Shown here piece after piece: positions 6,692 to 8,003 of a stretch of 8,003 nucleotides of DNA. How positions within the stretch are numbered: the first letter of the stretch is position 1; each line of letters opens with the position of its first letter. A program made the position numbers and the translations under genes. The notes beneath the pieces are model-generated. The model made no database searches. It saw only the letters and a list, made by a program, of their open reading frames with translations, and had not been told where the DNA came from. The stretch comes from Candidatus Hodarchaeota archaeon (lineage in GTDB: Archaea > Asgardarchaeota > Heimdallarchaeia > Hodarchaeales > Hodarchaeaceae). The DNA is taken from the NCBI GenBank assembly GCA_016839785.1, contig JAEOTQ010000090.1:1-8003 (forward strand), given 5' to 3'.

Positions 6692-7603
6692 TTAAATTTT
6701 TGTGATTTCCTGCGCATTTACGAGTCCAATAAACTCATGTACCTCATCGTAAGAACAATGATCGGAATATGGGAAATAATGGACATCTAATCGTTTGGAA
6801 ATTAATTCAATTGCCCAACCTGTAGGGGAGATCCGTAAGGAATTTATTAAACGTGCTTCCGTTTGTTGGTCCAATCCAGAAAGATTTTCAACTCTCCTTC
6901 TACTCTCAACACAGATTCCTGACTCTGGATCATCGGTAAAAATATCCCAATCTCCACCAATCTCTTTATAGATTTTAACTTTTTTATCTGGAGCGAATAT
7001 TTTCACTTTCAGCGCATCACTAATTGTTTTCAATAGTTTTTCCTTCCCTATTTGATAGGCAGCAATCCAGATCTCTTTCTGTGGATAATTTCCATCAGCT
7101 AACATAAGAGAAAGGATTTCTGAGATTAAATCCTTTCGTGAAGGAAAAGTGTATTTAGGATTTTTTCCATAGGTATAATCTAACCATAAATGATCTGCAT
7201 CACGAATGAGTTCTATTTCATCCAGAATTGGCTGACCCAGACGGAAATCGCCTGTGTAAACTTCTTTTCTATTTTCTGGTGTCTCAGTTACAAACATTAA
7301 ACTTCCTAAACAATGATTTGCATCAATAGCATGAATTACAAAGTCATCGAAATCTAAAGATTGATTCTTATTAATTACTAAACATTTCTCTTTAGGAATT
7401 CGATGAAGCACTTTTATAGCTGCGGCTGTCTCTTTTGAGCAAACTATTGTTGAATCTGGTGAAGAGAGAATAGATTTTATTCCAGTAGTGTGATCACTGT
7501 GAGCGTGAGATAGAAAATAGTAATCTGATGATGTGGAGTGTTTTTTTCTTTTCCGAAGTGGAAATTCATCAAAATAACTATTGGATAACTTTGAAAAAAC
7601 CAT
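6692..7603 (-). CDS. SNM1/PSO2/Artemis-type (DRMBL) beta-CASP DNA nuclease
   Basis: 303-aa ORF with ATG at 7603-7601. Motifs: FLSHAHSDH (HAHSDH = 7490-7507), DANHC(LGS) (7310-7324), YTGDFR, WLDYTY (beta-CASP motif A), AAYQIGKEK, SPTGW (motif B) and YSDHCSYDE (about 6752-6766, motif C). All of these mirror the signature strings of eukaryotic SNM1A/Apollo/Artemis: HFHSDH, ANHCPG, TGDFR, LDTTY, YSIGKEK, PTGW, YSEHSS. Confidence 0.88.
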   Translation of the reverse strand: MVFSKLSNSYFDEFPLRKRKKHSTSSDYYFLSHAHSDHTTGIKSILSSPDSTIVCSKETAAAIKVLHRIPKEKCLVINKNQSLDFDDFVIHAIDANHCLGSLMFVTETPENRKEVYTGDFRLGQPILDEIELIRDADHLWLDYTYGKNPKYTFPSRKDLISEILSLMLADGNYPQKEIWIAAYQIGKEKLLKTISDALKVKIFAPDKKVKIYKEIGGDWDIFTDDPESGICVESRRRVENLSGLDQQTEARLINSLRISPTGWAIELISKRLDVHYFPYSDHCSYDEVHEFIGLVNAQEITKI

Positions 7604-7627
7604 TTATCTGCCCCAAGAGTAACTTAA

Positions 7628-7635
7628 TCTATAAT
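7628..7635 (-). promoter_or_regulatory. TATA-box-like element (ATTATAGA on the - strand) upstream of the SNM1-like gene
   Basis: It is centred about 28 nt upstream of ATG 7603. That spacing suits an archaeal TATA box driving a leaderless or very short-leader transcript, which is common for the first gene of an archaeal operon. Confidence 0.35.
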
Positions 7636-7796
7636 CCATCTTTTCTCAATTGACAAATTACGATAAATTGCTAAATTAATTAATTTTAGGATTATTGGTT
7701 GGTATTTTATGTTAATAATCTAAAGGAAAATTGTTGTCTAATCTACTGGATTAGTATGTGAACAATTTGTTTGTATTGAAATCCCTTAAAATTATT

Positions 7797-7814
7797 GAGA
7801 AAGAAAGAAAAAAG
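7797..7814 (-). terminator. pyrimidine/oligo-T tract (CUUUUUUCUUUCUUUCUC on the - strand) downstream of the 5S locus
   Basis: The + strand purine tract gagaaagaaagaaaaaag reads as a T-rich run, including T6 at 7808-7813, on the - strand. It lies about 50 nt past the end of the 5S-derived sequence. Confidence 0.45.
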
Positions 7815-7857
7815 TAATAGAAAGGAGTTTGTATCTCATGGCGCATTTTCACCAGGG

Positions 7858-7867
7858 GATATTGTTT
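7858..7867 (-). other. trailer arm of a putative BHB-like processing motif (AAA bulge plus CAAUAUC)
   Basis: It lies immediately 3' of the 5S 5'-part. A7867-A7865 are unpaired. CAAUAUC (7864-7858) is perfectly complementary to GAUAUUG (7998-7992) in the leader. Confidence 0.55.
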
Positions 7868-7985
7868 CCGGGTTCGGAATGAGACCGGGTGTGACTCAGG
7901 CCCTTTGGCCGAAGAACCTTCAGCTTTCCGATTTTCCCGTAGGCGCGAGCACAACAGTACAGATCAGAACGGAGCCTGACTTAAC
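7866..7985 (-). rRNA. 5S rRNA, circularly permuted gene order (3' two-thirds first, then a capped helix I, then the 5' third)
   Basis: The - strand contains every 5S element, but in rotated order.
- GUUAAG plus the helix II 3' strand: 7985-7972.
- Helix V: UUCUGAU (7969-7963) pairs with AUCGGAA (7932-7926).
- Loop E and helix IV, with a CUCG loop at 7949-7946.
- Helix I as a closed hairpin: GCUGAAG-GUU-CUUCGGC (7924-7908).
- Helix II 5' strand GGGCCUGA (7903-7896) pairs with 7979-7972.
- Helix III and loop C: CACACCCGGUCUCAUUCCGAACCCGGAA (7893-7866).
The total is 120 nt, forming a GC-rich island. Confidence 0.75.
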
Positions 7986-7998
7986 TTTCGGCAATATC
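7986..7998 (-). other. leader arm of a putative BHB-like processing motif (GAUAUUG plus CCG plus AAA bulge)
   Basis: It lies immediately 5' of the GUUAAG that begins the 5S 3'-part. GAUAUUG (7998-7992) pairs with the trailer. CCG (7991-7989) can pair with CGG (7870-7868). AAA (7988-7986) is unpaired. Confidence 0.55.
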
Positions 7999-8003
7999 TC
8001 ACA

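Noticed and set aside
6508-6705. A 65-aa ORF on the + strand spanning the MutS-like/SNM1-like intergenic gap.
   Set aside because: It overlaps the 5' end of one - strand gene and the 3' end of another. It has no independent signals and is most likely a shadow ORF.
7738-7754. A small perfect hairpin, CTAATC-tactg-GATTAG, in the SNM1-like/5S intergenic region.
   Set aside because: It has only 6 AT-rich base pairs, a size expected by chance in an AT-rich spacer. It has no flanking T run and no repeat copies elsewhere in the window.
7797-7917. An ordinary co-linear 5S rRNA on the - strand, anchored on the loop C match at 7866-7893.
   Set aside because: The expected 5' end, about 27 nt upstream, has no complementary 3' partner. 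The sequence after GGAA (ACAAUAUCCCCUGGUGAAAAUGCGCCAUGAGAUACAAACUCC...) has no GUUAAG and no helix V/IV, and it becomes AT-rich and unstructured. The missing elements are all found upstream at 7985-7908, hence the permuted interpretation.
7835-7950. A + strand structured RNA resembling an SRP Alu domain. 7855-7864 pairs with 7929-7938, including two G.U pairs. It encloses a CCGG...CCGG hairpin with a GGGUUCGG loop, a UGUGA (UGUNR-like) linker and a GGCC-CUUU-GGCC hairpin.
   Set aside because: The - strand reading accounts for essentially every nucleotide as a canonical 5S element, including a long near-identical loop C match and a loop E/helix IV arm. The + strand helix is largely A/U-tract complementarity. 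No S-domain-like sequence or convincing + strand promoter is visible. An Rfam Archaea_SRP scan would settle it.
7751-7954. A 67-aa ORF on the - strand from the ORF track.
   Set aside because: It overlaps the 5S-derived RNA, its trailer and the T-rich tract. Its composition is driven by the RNA gene, and it has no SD and no recognisable motifs.
7866-8003. Two tandem 5S copies, seen as the tail of one and the head of the next, or a 5S pseudogene fragment.
   Set aside because: The 3' part and 5' part are joined by only 3 nt, forming a closed helix I. The head is not continued by 5S sequence, and the tail is not preceded by a proper loop C. The non-5S flanks are instead perfectly complementary to each other over 7 bp.
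1-8003. A search by eye for CRISPR arrays, transposase/integrase genes, long direct or inverted repeats, and toxin-antitoxin-sized gene pairs.
   Set aside because: I found none. The only repeated or complementary elements of note are those within the tRNA and the 5S locus.

Overview
This is an AT-rich window, roughly one-third G+C by eye, that looks archaeal: TATA-like promoters, oligo-T terminators, an archaeal-type tRNA and a 5S rRNA. Reading left to right, it holds eight genes.

1. A beta-CASP/metallo-beta-lactamase ribonuclease on the - strand, running off the left edge. The ORF track misses it because there is no stop codon in the window.
2. A polytopic membrane protein with an NfeD-type C-terminal domain (+).
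3. tRNA-Val(CAC) with an encoded CCA (+).
4. A multi-pass membrane HEXXH (M48-like) metalloprotease (+).
5. A hypothetical protein with a longin/roadblock-like N-terminal domain and a Cys-rich V4R-like tail (-).
6. A MutS2-like ABC ATPase with an N-terminal (HhH)2 domain and a TTG start (-).
7. An SNM1/PSO2/Artemis-type beta-CASP DNA nuclease (-).
8. A GC-rich island at the right edge that I read as a 5S rRNA gene (-).

Genes 5 to 7 are co-directional, transcribed in the order 7, 6, 5, and may form an operon.

The most unusual observation is the 5S gene. Its two halves sit in swapped order, so the gene is circularly permuted. Helix I is closed by a 3-nt loop. The natural GGAA|GUUAAG junction in helix III is split, and it is flanked by a perfectly complementary leader/trailer helix with AAA bulges. 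That arrangement resembles a relaxed bulge-helix-bulge motif, so the mature 5S could be produced by endonuclease and ligase processing, possibly as a circle.

I saw no CRISPR array, transposase or long repeat. All domain calls rest on motifs I read by eye; no database search was possible.
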